Shown here one piece after another: positions 9,777 through 20,490 of a DNA stretch of 37,418 bases. The position numbers and the translations under genes are program-made. The stretch's first letter is position 1. The number at the start of each line of letters is the position of its first letter. Source of the DNA: a virus (lineage: Duplodnaviria; Caudoviricetes); the IMG/VR virus record IMGVR_UViG_3300025114_000011, positions 1 to 37,418 of that record; one strand, written 5' to 3'. The notes under the pieces were generated by a model. The model was not told where the DNA came from, did no database searches, and saw only the letters and a program-made list of their open reading frames with translations.

Positions 9777-11729
9777 ATGCCTAAATCGCTAGAGGATAAA
9801 ATCTTTGACTTCAGGGTAGCCAATGACATGGCTAAGTACGCCACAGGCGCCTTCAGTCGTCAACAGTCCTACGCTAAACAGGTCGAGTTAGCCGGGCTTA
9901 GGGACGCCTACGACAACGCTGTGGCTGCTGAGAAGGCCGGCCTTATGAAGCGAGCTGCCGCTGCCACGATTGCGGCCGATGAAGAAATGTGGAAGATGGC
10001 GATGGAGTTGAACAAGGGCGCTGATAGCGTCACTAAGTCGCGCATAGCGGGAGCAGCAACTCAGGCCAATAAAACGCTCGATGCTCTCAAGGAGTATTCG
10101 CCATCCGACAGGGCGGTGGGGATGAGTCGCCGAATCCTCCAGAAGCTGGGAGGACAAGCGGCGGGGTGGAATGCGGCTACCGACAAGTCGTTCCATCAGA
10201 TCATCAGCGACACCATGATGAACGAGAGCGAGCCTCTCTCGGCTGCCGACTTCAACGCGGTAATAGGTAATCTGGCTTTCGACCTCTCGTTTAAACCCGA
10301 CGAGCTGCGTAAAGAGATGGGTGCGTCCAGTTCCCCGTCGGGCGCAGGAGGGCACTTCCTGCGGGTATGGAGCGCCCACGAAAATGCATCGCCCCAATCC
10401 AAAAACTACCTGAAACTCGTAGGCTCCTATGCGGACCATATGAGGGAGGCTCGTGGCTTCGGAGGAAATGTTGGGAAGTTAGTCAGGGATTTCGAAGCGC
10501 TCAAGAAAGCCCACGGCAGAGGCGACAGAGAAGCCGTCGACGAAAGCTACGAAAGCATCAGCACCATCCCGACCGGGGAGATTGAGACCAGGCAACGGAT
10601 ATTGGACGAGCAGTCCCCAGCCACCCACCAAAGGGCCATCTTTGCGGACAAAGAGTTTCGGGACAAGATGGCTGACTATGGGTACACCGATCCAGGCGAG
10701 TTCTTCGTGGATTATGTGGAGAACAAAGGGCGCACGCTCAGGCGCAGAGCTCCGCTTCCTAGAAAAGGTCCTGTGATAACCGATGGGGGCACGGCGGGCG
10801 GCAGCCCCGACGAAGTGAGAGCCATCGAGCAGGGCATTACTGACGAAGACTTAGCAGCCGATCTAGAGAGGCAGGACATCGGTCGCTCACAAGCCCGAAC
10901 GGCCGAACAGGCCGACGCTGAAAGGGAGTGGCTGGCGGAGTACGAGAAGGCAGACGCCGAGGAGCCTCCCGAGCACCTCAGTGACCGCGAGTGGTATCAG
11001 TGGCATGTGGACAAGCTTCTACCGCTGCAGAACAAGTTGCAGCGCACCATCGATCCTGGCTCGGACTTTCGAAAGGAGTGGGACGAAAAGCTCGAGGCTC
11101 ATCTAGAACTCGCCGAAGTAGGAGTGAAGGAGTCGCTGGAGATTGAGGACGAACCGTTTGCCGAGCAAGGCGGCCAGTTCATGCATGAAGGCCAGCCCAT
11201 CCCCATCATCGCGGAGTCTGACTCTGCGAGACGTAGAGCGACAGCGGGAGCCCTGCGCGGCGAACGCCCAGAACATAGGCCTATGTCGCTCAAGGAGATA
11301 TCCGAAGGGGTGAAAGAAGGGAAGTTCGAGGAGGAGGTTGAGGACATCGCCCCCGCACAGGAAGTTGCACCTCCGATCCCAGAGCCTGGGATGCCTGCTC
11401 CCGAAGCCCCTGTTCAGGCACCGGCCGCAGAAACCACCATTGATCCTGATCTTTCAAACGACGCCAACATCTATAATGAAGCCCAAAGAAGGGAATCACT
11501 AGAGGATGAGAGAAGGTTACATGGGCTAAGGCGCGGCGGGTTAACGCCGGAGCGGATAGCCACGCTAGAACTGCTGCGCGGGAGAGCTGAAGTCCCAGAC
11601 CTGGATGTTAGGAGAGCCCTCGCCGAGGCACACTTCAAGCAGGCAGCAGAAGAAGAAGCCGCTAGAGCGGCGGCAGCCAGAGAAAAGGGCCCTAAGACGC
11701 TTTCAGGGCAAATACGAGCAGGACAGTAG
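9777..11729 (+). CDS. Putative internal virion (ejection) protein
   Basis: 650 aa; helical and acidic; RBS AGGAG; precedes giant gene. Confidence 0.55.
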   Translation: MPKSLEDKIFDFRVANDMAKYATGAFSRQQSYAKQVELAGLRDAYDNAVAAEKAGLMKRAAAATIAADEEMWKMAMELNKGADSVTKSRIAGAATQANKTLDALKEYSPSDRAVGMSRRILQKLGGQAAGWNAATDKSFHQIISDTMMNESEPLSAADFNAVIGNLAFDLSFKPDELRKEMGASSSPSGAGGHFLRVWSAHENASPQSKNYLKLVGSYADHMREARGFGGNVGKLVRDFEALKKAHGRGDREAVDESYESISTIPTGEIETRQRILDEQSPATHQRAIFADKEFRDKMADYGYTDPGEFFVDYVENKGRTLRRRAPLPRKGPVITDGGTAGGSPDEVRAIEQGITDEDLAADLERQDIGRSQARTAEQADAEREWLAEYEKADAEEPPEHLSDREWYQWHVDKLLPLQNKLQRTIDPGSDFRKEWDEKLEAHLELAEVGVKESLEIEDEPFAEQGGQFMHEGQPIPIIAESDSARRRATAGALRGERPEHRPMSLKEISEGVKEGKFEEEVEDIAPAQEVAPPIPEPGMPAPEAPVQAPAAETTIDPDLSNDANIYNEAQRRESLEDERRLHGLRRGGLTPERIATLELLRGRAEVPDLDVRRALAEAHFKQAAEEEAARAAAAREKGPKTLSGQIRAGQ

Positions 11730-11730
11730 A

Positions 11731-14700
11731 GTGGCAGAGCCTGAGTCAACTCTTTCTGTCGCTCCTGAAAAGACTGGCGTAGAGCTACACCAAGAGTATA
11801 TCGAACAGCGCGAGAAGGGAGGGACGCCTCTCAGGGATTGGTCGGAGCCTCCTGGCGAGCAAGCAGAAACGGCGCTCATAAAAGACATGTCGCCTGAAGA
11901 GGTGGCTGTCGGCGCAGTACTGCAGCGTCGTCGCGTCCGAGATCATGCAGCTCGCATGCAGCCCACCCAAGATCGTTTCCTAGCCCAGTACAACAGAGAG
12001 CAGGGACAGAAGTACACCTACGACGACCTCTTTGCCGAAGTCAAGAAGCGCCCGGAGTTGAGCCAGGACATCAACGTCCAGGACATCTACCAGTTCGAAG
12101 TTCAAAAGCGCTTCGGCTATGACTTCCCAGACAAGGCCAAGACACCTGTTCTCTTTCACATGCTCGAGGCCCAAGAGAAACTGAAGCAGCAGGGAGCGAA
12201 GGAGCACCCACCTGAGGCCTATACTGAGTTCGAAGTAGAGTACATCGACGACGAAGGGAACAAACAAGTCAAGACCCAGCGCAGGCTAAAGAAAGAGTTT
12301 GAGACCAAAGAAGGAAAGAACGAGCGCATAGCTAACGCGGTCGAGCTATCAGCGACGCCTGAGGGGGTCCTGCAAGGCATGGACCTGGGGGAAGAGTTGG
12401 AGAAGGCTCTTTACCACTCGGCCTCTAAGCGCGTCAGGCTGCCGGTCTACAAGACGCCCAAGGGTGACATCGCCTTCGACATCTTCGACGCCCGCAAGAA
12501 GCTAACCCAGTACAAATACCACACAGCTCTCTACGATGCAGGCTACCCCAGCAGGGAGATCCCCCAGGCGACCAAGGATAAGCTGTACGAGCGCGCGGAG
12601 AACTCAGCGAAGAAGTTCTTAGCAGAAGTGCGCGATAAAAACTCAGGCGTTTTCTTTGTAGAGGTCGACCCCGAAGGCACCACTCAAGACATCATTGACT
12701 CTCCCTGGTACAAAGGCGGCAGGCTTCTGGCGCCGGTGCGTGCCATGCTGGCGGGAGCTCAGACGGCGGACTCTACCTACAACCGCAAAGTAACGAGGCT
12801 AGAAGAGCAAGGTTGGCTGGACTACTTCACCAACATGACTCCATCGACAGTCATTCCTGCCGCTCTGAAGGCAGGCTGCTGGGGCTGCGAGAAGCACATT
12901 CGCCTTCTTCGGGACGGCTACAACATCTTCGACGACTTCGAGAACGTAGGAAAGATCGCCACGTACAAGCCGCTAGAGCGCAAGGAGTTAGCAAAGCGCA
13001 CTGGAAAGGAAGGCTTCGTAGAGAAGGCCCCTCAGATGGCAGGCGGAATAGCAGCTACCGGAGCCATCATCCTTCTTGAGCCAGACCCTTTCACGGTTTC
13101 CTTTGCTCTAGCAGGCGCAGGTTTGGGCTCCCTCGTGGCACCAGGGCCCGGAACCGCGGCCGGCGGGGTCATCGGTGCAGCCACCGGGAAGGCTGCTGAC
13201 ATCCTGCACCTACGCAAGCTGGCAAAGTCGATGGGTATCGGAAAGATAAACCGGAAGCTTAACCAAGGCGAGAAGGCCGTTGGCGCGGTTGACGACTACA
13301 TAAAAGGTCTAGAGCGAGTGGCGTCAGTGGAGGAGAGCGCTCCTCGACGAGCCGCTTTCGTTGCCTTGGAGAAAGACCTGAAGCTGAAAGACCCTACCGC
13401 TTACCGCATCATTCAAGCTATGAGAGCGAGCGAACTGGGCCTTAACGCGCACTATGCCGAGCACGCCGCTGACGCAGCCTACAACCTTGATGTCGCCGTC
13501 TCCCGGCTCGCTACCAGCAAGGGAGTGTTGGCCAAAGCCGAGACCGTCCGCGACAGGGCGCAAGCTACGGTGCGTGTGCTGGCAGACGAAGCCTCGATGG
13601 AAAAGGCAGCCATCGCCAAAGCCAAAGCCTTAGCGGACGAAGACCTCACGCGCTTTAGAGACGTTTTATCTGACGCCTCTATGATGGGAGAAAAGGCTAA
13701 CGATTTAAGCGCCGAGGAGGTCATTAAGAAGGCCAGGGAAATCATTGGGGCCAAAGCCCTCAAGAGAAAAGGAAGCGGCGTTGTGGGGAAGGTCGCCAAC
13801 CCCGGCTTCGACGCCATGATAAAAGTCTTGAAGCGCATGAAGCCTGGCGACCCTAACTATAAGAAGCTAGTAACAAAGCTCATTACGGAGGCCGCCCCAC
13901 GCAGGGCTGCACAGATCGCTGCAGGCAAACTTGTAAAGACAGCGAGAGCCCTTGACACCCAACAGACCAGGTCGAAGGTAGCCTTTGAGCAACTAGCCAA
14001 GCAGAGCGAGGAGGCCAGCGCCGAGGTGGCGGAGAAGGCGGCGCTCATCGCCAAGGTGAGGCCAGAGTTCGTGCGAAACGAAAAGCTAGCCAACTTCTTC
14101 GGGGTTAGCACGAGCATCTCCAAAGACCTCAGGGACAGCCTCACCCTTACGATGGAAAACTTTCGCGTGGCGCGCGACTTGGCCGGAGACTCCAACCCTC
14201 TGGCGCGTGCCGTGATAGGCTCGGGTAACGACGGAACGGCTGTGGTGGACACGGTTAAGCTCCAGGCCGAGATTATAAACAAGCACGGAGCCGACGTCGT
14301 CCAGGAGTTTCTGCGGCGAGGGACCGTGGATGGAGAGGCACGCGACGTGTATGCAAGTTTCCTGGGAGACTTACTAAGCGGCGGAGGCACCAAGAGAATA
14401 AAGCCTGAGGATCTAAGCAGGCTTCGAGACTCCTTGGAATCCCTTACGTTGAAGTCGGCCGATGGAGGCCTGACTATTAAAGGGGAGGAACTAGGACGCG
14501 CCTATATGGACGAGGCCTTCGCTCCTGGCGGAAGGATAAGCAGCATGGCAGGCACGTTCAGGCAGAATGTCCGACGTGTCATGGACTTGTGGAAGCCTAC
14601 CCAGTCTCGGCTCGGCACGATTAAGAAGAGCGTGCGCGGAATCTTTAAGGTAGCTCTTGAAACCGATGGGGCCATCGACCAAGAGTTAGGCCTCCTCTAC

Positions 14701-17337
14701 CAGATGCACAAGACCGACACCGAGGGGTACACTAAGCTCCTGAACACCTACTTCACTACCAACACCCCACTCAAGCTAGCCAATATCCCGAGCATCATGA
14801 ACCGCGGTGACGAAGTCCCCATGCAGATGGCCGCCCGGCAGATCCTCTCCAACCCGCGCGTCAATGAGCGCTTGGACGAGCTGCTTAACGGCGCCGAGGT
14901 ATTGGAGGGCGCAGCGGCTAAGGCTCCCGGCCGGGACTCAGACGCCCTGTCAGCCCTTTCCCGAGCCTGGATTGATGACCACAAACCTACCGACCCTAAG
15001 TATGCAAGCTTTCTTGAAGACGTAACAGCCCTTCTTTTAAAGACGCAGTTCGACGAGGTGGCTGCCGGGACGCGTCAAGAGTTCTCTCTTACCTCCCTCA
15101 TGAAGGACCTTAAGGCCATAACCGCCAGTGGTGTAGGCCCTGGCCAGCTAGACGCCATCAGGCTCGGAGCGAAGCCTCCTTACGCGATGTCTCCGCGTGA
15201 CGCCGTGGCAGGGCTAGACCCCCGCTTCAGGAAAGGAAGGATGAGAGGAGAGGTCCAGTTTGGCGGCTTAGGCAGCGCGACCATGCAGGACAACAAGGCT
15301 TGGTCTTTTGCTACCCAGGCCCTGGCGCACGCAGCCGTATTGGACGCCTCAGGCAATGCTGTCGTGAAGACTATCGGAGGGATGCCTCCTGACTTAGCGG
15401 CCGACATGAACCGTCTCATTCGAGGCGAGGCGAAGGATATCACAGGAGGCGTCCAGCGGACATTGGACTCGTTCGCAGAGTGGGGCAAGCCCTTTCTCCA
15501 GACAGAGTACCGAGCCGTGAAAGGGATGGGCAAGACCATCGACGAGTTCGTACATCTAACCACCACTTCGGAAGGCGTGGCAGTCCACGTGCCAACCAAG
15601 CTCTACGACGCCATCAACGCGCGCATGGGCAATATCGTTAAGAGCCTTGCTATCCGCTCCGAGAAACCCTCGGACATCATGAGCACCGGCCCTGGGCAGG
15701 CACTGCTAAAATACCTGCAGCTCTATCGAGGCTCACTGACTACGGGCATAATCGTCCCTAACCCCAGATACTGGAACAACAATGTCTTCGGAGACTTCTC
15801 TCAGATGTGGGAAGTTGCAGGCCTGAGCACGGCTGCTAAACTTAGCTTTCAGAATCTACCGACTAACCTGCCCTACGGCCGCCAAGTCCAGGCAGCGCTG
15901 CTTAAGTTCTCGGAAGCCAACGAAGGGGTTCCTGTCTTAGGCACATGGATGAACGCCATGTTCAACCCCAACCTGGCCAAGTTCTATCGTAAAGAAGGCG
16001 ACGAACTCATTCGGCTGGGCGACGGAACCATGGCGAGCGTGAAAGAGGTAAGAGACTGGATGGCCAAAGATGGTGTGCTCGACACCTTCATTACCGAAAG
16101 CGTAAAAAAGAACATCCTCAAAAAGGGAGTGGGAGACAGCGAGCCGTTCTTTAACTGGGTGAAGGGAGGCGAAGGTCTCTCGTCCTGGCAGAATAAAATC
16201 ATCCAACACGCCACATTCGTACAGCAGCGCCAGCGGGTGGCCTTCTACCTAGAGATGCTGCACAAGGGAAAGACCAGGGACCAGGCGCGCGAAGCCCTGC
16301 ATAAAGCTTTGTACGACTGGAAGGCTCCGTTCTCTCAGGCAGAGCAGACGTTGCTTCTTCCTCAGATTGCTACCTTCTACCGCTTCTACCGCTTGGCTGC
16401 CATTCGTTCCTTCGAGGTGTTATCCGAGGCATTCACTGCGCCGTCAGCTAAGTCGATTAGCCGAGCTCTGATTCGCCCAACGCGCTCAATCGCCCGGGTG
16501 CGCCAGATGGGCCAAGCCGTCAAGGCACCTCCCAAGATCAACTACTGGTACGAAGGAATGGGAGACCAGCACCAAGCGCAGAGCGACGAAGAGTACCGCG
16601 ACGCTGCTCTCAGGGACATGCGCTTCTGGTGGCAGCAGGCCAGACCGCAATGGTGGTCGCGCCCAATCGAGGACTATGACAAGGCCTACCAGAAGAAATG
16701 GGGGCTCGACCGCCCGTACAAGGATGTTCTCCTGCCGCCCTTTACGCCGCTCGACCTGACCAACATGATGCTAGGGCTCACTGTCGGCATGACTTCAGTC
16801 ATGGCTGCTGCGGCAGGCGTACCAGTGTCAGAGGGCGTCGTCTCGAAGGCCGTGACGGAGCCCATCGCAGGGCTCGGGATGCCGGTTATTGGCCGCATGC
16901 TGGAGTTGTATTTCAAAAGCATGTCGCGCGGAACCCACTACGTTGGCGGCGGACGCGCCTACCTGCGGCCTGGCGAGGTGATCGCTCTCAAGCGCCTGGG
17001 TGCAGGTGGAACCATCGAGACCGACGAAGACCAGCGCCTGTACCTATCCGGCCAGAACAAGCTTATCCTCAACACTGTCCGGGCTATCCCTATGATCGGA
17101 ACGCAGATTCCTCACCACGTCTCAGCCTACGTCAATCCTGGCTGGGAAAAGGACACGGGGAAGGGAGTCGAGCTGATGCTCCTCACCTTGTTGGGACTGC
17201 AGCCACGGTACAAAGATCCCTTCAGGGATTTGACATTCGGCGTCAGAGAAGCCAAGCAGTCTGTAGAGCAGGAGGTGCGCCGCGAAGAGGCGCTCCGTCG
17301 CACACGCATCGCAAAAGAGTTTAAAAGGGAGAAGTGA
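11731..17337 (+). CDS. Giant internal virion / large polyvalent-type protein (~1870 aa)
   Basis: GTG at 11731 just after the upstream stop is a likelier start than 11605; glycine zipper ALAGAGLGSLVAPGPGTAAGGVIGA; C-terminal RQRVAFY...A...LYDW...E...TFYRF motif of large ejection proteins. Confidence 0.65.
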   Translation: MAEPESTLSVAPEKTGVELHQEYIEQREKGGTPLRDWSEPPGEQAETALIKDMSPEEVAVGAVLQRRRVRDHAARMQPTQDRFLAQYNREQGQKYTYDDLFAEVKKRPELSQDINVQDIYQFEVQKRFGYDFPDKAKTPVLFHMLEAQEKLKQQGAKEHPPEAYTEFEVEYIDDEGNKQVKTQRRLKKEFETKEGKNERIANAVELSATPEGVLQGMDLGEELEKALYHSASKRVRLPVYKTPKGDIAFDIFDARKKLTQYKYHTALYDAGYPSREIPQATKDKLYERAENSAKKFLAEVRDKNSGVFFVEVDPEGTTQDIIDSPWYKGGRLLAPVRAMLAGAQTADSTYNRKVTRLEEQGWLDYFTNMTPSTVIPAALKAGCWGCEKHIRLLRDGYNIFDDFENVGKIATYKPLERKELAKRTGKEGFVEKAPQMAGGIAATGAIILLEPDPFTVSFALAGAGLGSLVAPGPGTAAGGVIGAATGKAADILHLRKLAKSMGIGKINRKLNQGEKAVGAVDDYIKGLERVASVEESAPRRAAFVALEKDLKLKDPTAYRIIQAMRASELGLNAHYAEHAADAAYNLDVAVSRLATSKGVLAKAETVRDRAQATVRVLADEASMEKAAIAKAKALADEDLTRFRDVLSDASMMGEKANDLSAEEVIKKAREIIGAKALKRKGSGVVGKVANPGFDAMIKVLKRMKPGDPNYKKLVTKLITEAAPRRAAQIAAGKLVKTARALDTQQTRSKVAFEQLAKQSEEASAEVAEKAALIAKVRPEFVRNEKLANFFGVSTSISKDLRDSLTLTMENFRVARDLAGDSNPLARAVIGSGNDGTAVVDTVKLQAEIINKHGADVVQEFLRRGTVDGEARDVYASFLGDLLSGGGTKRIKPEDLSRLRDSLESLTLKSADGGLTIKGEELGRAYMDEAFAPGGRISSMAGTFRQNVRRVMDLWKPTQSRLGTIKKSVRGIFKVALETDGAIDQELGLLYQMHKTDTEGYTKLLNTYFTTNTPLKLANIPSIMNRGDEVPMQMAARQILSNPRVNERLDELLNGAEVLEGAAAKAPGRDSDALSALSRAWIDDHKPTDPKYASFLEDVTALLLKTQFDEVAAGTRQEFSLTSLMKDLKAITASGVGPGQLDAIRLGAKPPYAMSPRDAVAGLDPRFRKGRMRGEVQFGGLGSATMQDNKAWSFATQALAHAAVLDASGNAVVKTIGGMPPDLAADMNRLIRGEAKDITGGVQRTLDSFAEWGKPFLQTEYRAVKGMGKTIDEFVHLTTTSEGVAVHVPTKLYDAINARMGNIVKSLAIRSEKPSDIMSTGPGQALLKYLQLYRGSLTTGIIVPNPRYWNNNVFGDFSQMWEVAGLSTAAKLSFQNLPTNLPYGRQVQAALLKFSEANEGVPVLGTWMNAMFNPNLAKFYRKEGDELIRLGDGTMASVKEVRDWMAKDGVLDTFITESVKKNILKKGVGDSEPFFNWVKGGEGLSSWQNKIIQHATFVQQRQRVAFYLEMLHKGKTRDQAREALHKALYDWKAPFSQAEQTLLLPQIATFYRFYRLAAIRSFEVLSEAFTAPSAKSISRALIRPTRSIARVRQMGQAVKAPPKINYWYEGMGDQHQAQSDEEYRDAALRDMRFWWQQARPQWWSRPIEDYDKAYQKKWGLDRPYKDVLLPPFTPLDLTNMMLGLTVGMTSVMAAAAGVPVSEGVVSKAVTEPIAGLGMPVIGRMLELYFKSMSRGTHYVGGGRAYLRPGEVIALKRLGAGGTIETDEDQRLYLSGQNKLILNTVRAIPMIGTQIPHHVSAYVNPGWEKDTGKGVELMLLTLLGLQPRYKDPFRDLTFGVREAKQSVEQEVRREEALRRTRIAKEFKREK

Positions 17338-17338
17338 C

Positions 17339-18079
17339 ATGGCAAGAATCGCACCTGGAGTTATTCCGATAAAGGACCAAAACCCCTACGAGACCCTGAG
17401 GGTCCTCGCAGAAGAAGACATCGAGATGGACGACGTCGTCCTCATCTGTGGGTACACCGGAGACGTGGCTCTCGTTCGCAGGGCCTGCGCCTCATCTGAA
17501 GAGCTAGCAACAGGGCGACTGTTTATCGCACGGACTGCAGGGGCTGAGAAGCGAGCTCTCTGGATTCAACCCTGGAGGATCGTGAAAGGCTTGGACACCC
17601 AAGGCTCTGAGGTAGGGGCACCTGTTTTTCTTGGTGAACCTGGAGGTTTTGCCTTCTCTACCGGGGAAGGTATGGTGACAAGGCGCATCGGAACCGTGAT
17701 TGACTCGGGAGTAATCTCATTTGATTTCGATTCTTCAGCGCCGCAGCTCGTGGCTCCGTCGCCGTTCCTGTTTTCGGTGGACGTGGAAGAGGCGGGCACG
17801 CACCAAATAGGGCCTTTCTCCTTCGATGTCGAGGTGGTGGACGCATGGGCTGTTAAGCGCAAAGCGCTCGGGGCGGCAAGCGATTACGTCCAAGTCTTCA
17901 ACGGAAAAGGAACCATCTCTGACAAGATGGAGTTTAACAATAAAAAAGAAGATGATATTGTACGGAGTAGCAGGCTCACCTCTGGGTCTCGGCGTGTCAG
18001 CGCTGGCGGCGCATTGCGAGTTAAGAGCTTCGGAAAGAGCGTCGCATCCACGGTACATATTTTAGCTAGGAGAGTCTGA
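17339..18079 (+). CDS. Putative head fibre/decoration-like structural protein, two domains
   Basis: AEEDIEMDDVV...GLDTQG..VGAPVFL...GG motif resembling cement/fibre modules; beta-rich C-terminal half. Confidence 0.45.
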   Translation: MARIAPGVIPIKDQNPYETLRVLAEEDIEMDDVVLICGYTGDVALVRRACASSEELATGRLFIARTAGAEKRALWIQPWRIVKGLDTQGSEVGAPVFLGEPGGFAFSTGEGMVTRRIGTVIDSGVISFDFDSSAPQLVAPSPFLFSVDVEEAGTHQIGPFSFDVEVVDAWAVKRKALGAASDYVQVFNGKGTISDKMEFNNKKEDDIVRSSRLTSGSRRVSAGGALRVKSFGKSVASTVHILARRV

Positions 18080-18468
18080 TGGGTAGAGAACAAGTCGTAC
18101 AGATATATTCCCGAACGACCGGGAGCGTAACAGCAAGCAACGCCGCTTACACCGAGGCGCAGTTCACGTGCCCGGCAGAAGGCCGAATCAGGCGTGTCCG
18201 AGCAGAGTTCGCCGCAGGCTCAGTCGGTACACAGATCGCCCTTCAGGTGCGTGAGCAGACGGGTGTGAGTACCGGGCTCCCGGTAATCCTGGCCTATGCC
18301 CTAACTCCGACCAACATCGACAGCCTGGAGGACGTCTTCGAGATCGCCGATACCATTATCGACCCAGCAACCAGCGAGCCGTTGCCTGTTCTTTATATCG
18401 CTGTGACAACCAACAATGCTGCCGTCGATACTATCAACTTGAGCATCGACTTCGAGGCCTGTGCTTAA
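18079..18468 (+). CDS. Small beta-rich structural protein
   Basis: TGATG coupling; beta-strand composition. Confidence 0.55.
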   Translation: MGREQVVQIYSRTTGSVTASNAAYTEAQFTCPAEGRIRRVRAEFAAGSVGTQIALQVREQTGVSTGLPVILAYALTPTNIDSLEDVFEIADTIIDPATSEPLPVLYIAVTTNNAAVDTINLSIDFEACA

Positions 18469-19538
18469 TGCCCATTCCTGCTCCCAGACATCCATACCGA
18501 ACGTCACCGAACCAGCGTGTAACAAGAGTTACGCCTAGCGATGACACATGGATTCCTGTAGTAAGGATGGCTGACGATAGCTGGAAGGACTTCTACTTCA
18601 TGAACTTGGGCTTCGCTGATGACAAGCCTGCTGGGATAAACCTGACCATTCCCTTCACGCCGGGGACAGAGGCTTTCGGTGTGCCCAACCCTGCCACTCC
18701 AGAGCTTACGCAGCCTGCGGGGTCTCACTGGAGAGTGGGTCAGAACCCTCAGCCTGTGGGAGCGGAGAAGCACATTACTCTTTGGAAGAGTGGTGAACTT
18801 GAGTTCGTGGATACAACAGGCACGAGCACAGCGATCTATGATGTCTCTACTACCTCAGGTGTCTACGACCCGGTGTTTAGCGGCATCGGGCTTCGGCTCA
18901 CTGCGAAGGAGTCCACATCTAGCGCAGGCGTAGACATCGTCCAGCGCATGGTTTACCCACCCGAAATAGGACCGTCGAACGTGCGTTCTCTAGTGTGGCG
19001 ACAGCCTGAAGTGGCAGGGATGATTCAAGGAACCGGAGGGGGCACCCCTGTTGCGGACCAGGATACCTCCATTATCTTAGGTCACTACGGCTATAGAAGT
19101 GGCCTTCCGTATGCAGGTGGAGGCATCTATAGTGACAGGTCCTGGGTAGGATTAGGTGCCAAAAACTTAGGGGCTACGTGGGAGAGGTGCTGCAACATCG
19201 GCAAGTGGCCGAATAGCTGGGTTCCTCCTAGCGGACAGCCTCTTACCTTCCCCGCGTCTCCGCGGCTACAGCCCTTTGTAGAGAACTCCAGCGACTACGC
19301 AACTGAGTGGTCATTGGAGATCCCCCAAGAGAATGCATACTTTCCCGTAGGAACCCCCAATGTGGTTATACTTATTCTGGGACCAGGAATCTGGCTGCCC
19401 ACTTGGGTTCCAGGTGGCGATGGGTTTTCTCCGTTCGCGGGGATTCATAACAACCAGACGCCAGGATCAACCTGCACTAGCGCCGTCATCACTAACTGGC
19501 AATATAGATGGATTAAGTCTAGGGGTATCTCACCATGA
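18468..19538 (+). CDS. Putative fibre/receptor-binding protein (paralogue 1)
   Basis: TAATG coupling; Pro/Gly/Thr/Trp-rich; DSWKDFYFMNLGFA motif. Confidence 0.5.
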   Translation: MPIPAPRHPYRTSPNQRVTRVTPSDDTWIPVVRMADDSWKDFYFMNLGFADDKPAGINLTIPFTPGTEAFGVPNPATPELTQPAGSHWRVGQNPQPVGAEKHITLWKSGELEFVDTTGTSTAIYDVSTTSGVYDPVFSGIGLRLTAKESTSSAGVDIVQRMVYPPEIGPSNVRSLVWRQPEVAGMIQGTGGGTPVADQDTSIILGHYGYRSGLPYAGGGIYSDRSWVGLGAKNLGATWERCCNIGKWPNSWVPPSGQPLTFPASPRLQPFVENSSDYATEWSLEIPQENAYFPVGTPNVVILILGPGIWLPTWVPGGDGFSPFAGIHNNQTPGSTCTSAVITNWQYRWIKSRGISP

Positions 19539-20479
19539 GTAACACCCGCACCACTCCACCAGCAGGCCCTTGGGCCTTTCTTACAACGGCTCGACGTACT
19601 CCAACCAGCGGATACGAGCGCATCATGGCTCCCACCCAAGACAGTTGGAACGACTTCTACTTCATGAACATGGGGTTCGCCGGGGATGTTCCAGGGCCCG
19701 GTGATGTTACCCACAATGTGGCGGGTGGTGTTCTCTGGGAAGTCCAAGGTGCCGGTGCTCTCGGGAGCCGCAAGGCAACCCTCTTTACGGACGGTGTCCT
19801 TGAGCTTGAAGATGCGTCGGGAGCAGTCACGCTCACGCCAGGACCAGGCAGCACCCTGCTACCTCACGATTGTCTCGCCGTCGTTTGTAAGGCAACTCCT
19901 TTTCATTATCCTATCTCCGTGCCGGGGACAGCTACGCCGATCCCTAAAGCAGCACAGCGTGGATGGATTATTACCAATGCCGTCTTCGTCAATCAAGGCG
20001 TGCGCCTCACCCCTGCTGCCCTGGGGAACACTCCAGGCATGCTGGTGGCGGACCTAACTACCGCACCGCAACCTCGCTATGTCTCTCAGAGACTTGAGTT
20101 TGGGACCGGGACTCCTGTTACTGACTGGAGATCATTTACTACAGCCCTGCCAGGGCCTAGTGTTGCCAGTTACGCCTACGGAGCCGGGACACTAGGCATT
20201 GCAGACGTGGACGGAATAACGATCCAGCTAGTGGGCGGTCCCAATACCTTCCCCACCTCCCAGAACTCATGGGGAAACTGGATAGGACCATTGCCTGTTC
20301 TCCGAACTTGGAACTCCGTTGGAGAGAATGCCACGGGAGACCTGGATGTGACCGACCTCAGACCAGCGCTGTTCATAGGTAACGAGTTAGGGCTCCCAAC
20401 GCTGGGAACTGCCGTCATGTGCGTGGACACAGCCAAATGGCTAGCTAGAGTTTATATGTTTGGAGGGGCTTACCCCTAA
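19535..20479 (+). CDS. Putative fibre/receptor-binding protein (paralogue 2)
   Basis: ATGA coupling; DSWNDFYFMNMGFA motif shared with upstream gene. Confidence 0.5.
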   Translation: MSNTRTTPPAGPWAFLTTARRTPTSGYERIMAPTQDSWNDFYFMNMGFAGDVPGPGDVTHNVAGGVLWEVQGAGALGSRKATLFTDGVLELEDASGAVTLTPGPGSTLLPHDCLAVVCKATPFHYPISVPGTATPIPKAAQRGWIITNAVFVNQGVRLTPAALGNTPGMLVADLTTAPQPRYVSQRLEFGTGTPVTDWRSFTTALPGPSVASYAYGAGTLGIADVDGITIQLVGGPNTFPTSQNSWGNWIGPLPVLRTWNSVGENATGDLDVTDLRPALFIGNELGLPTLGTAVMCVDTAKWLARVYMFGGAYP

Positions 20480-20490
20480 AGGAGAGAGCT

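Noticed and set aside
11605-11730. N-terminal extension of the giant ORF
   Set aside because: Overlaps the upstream gene by 125 nt; GTG at 11731 fits the operon's coupling pattern
16698-17324. 208-aa alternative-frame ORF (and similar 24595..25395, 29041..29505)
   Set aside because: Arg/Pro-rich or antisense shadows of well-supported genes, expected in GC-rich DNA
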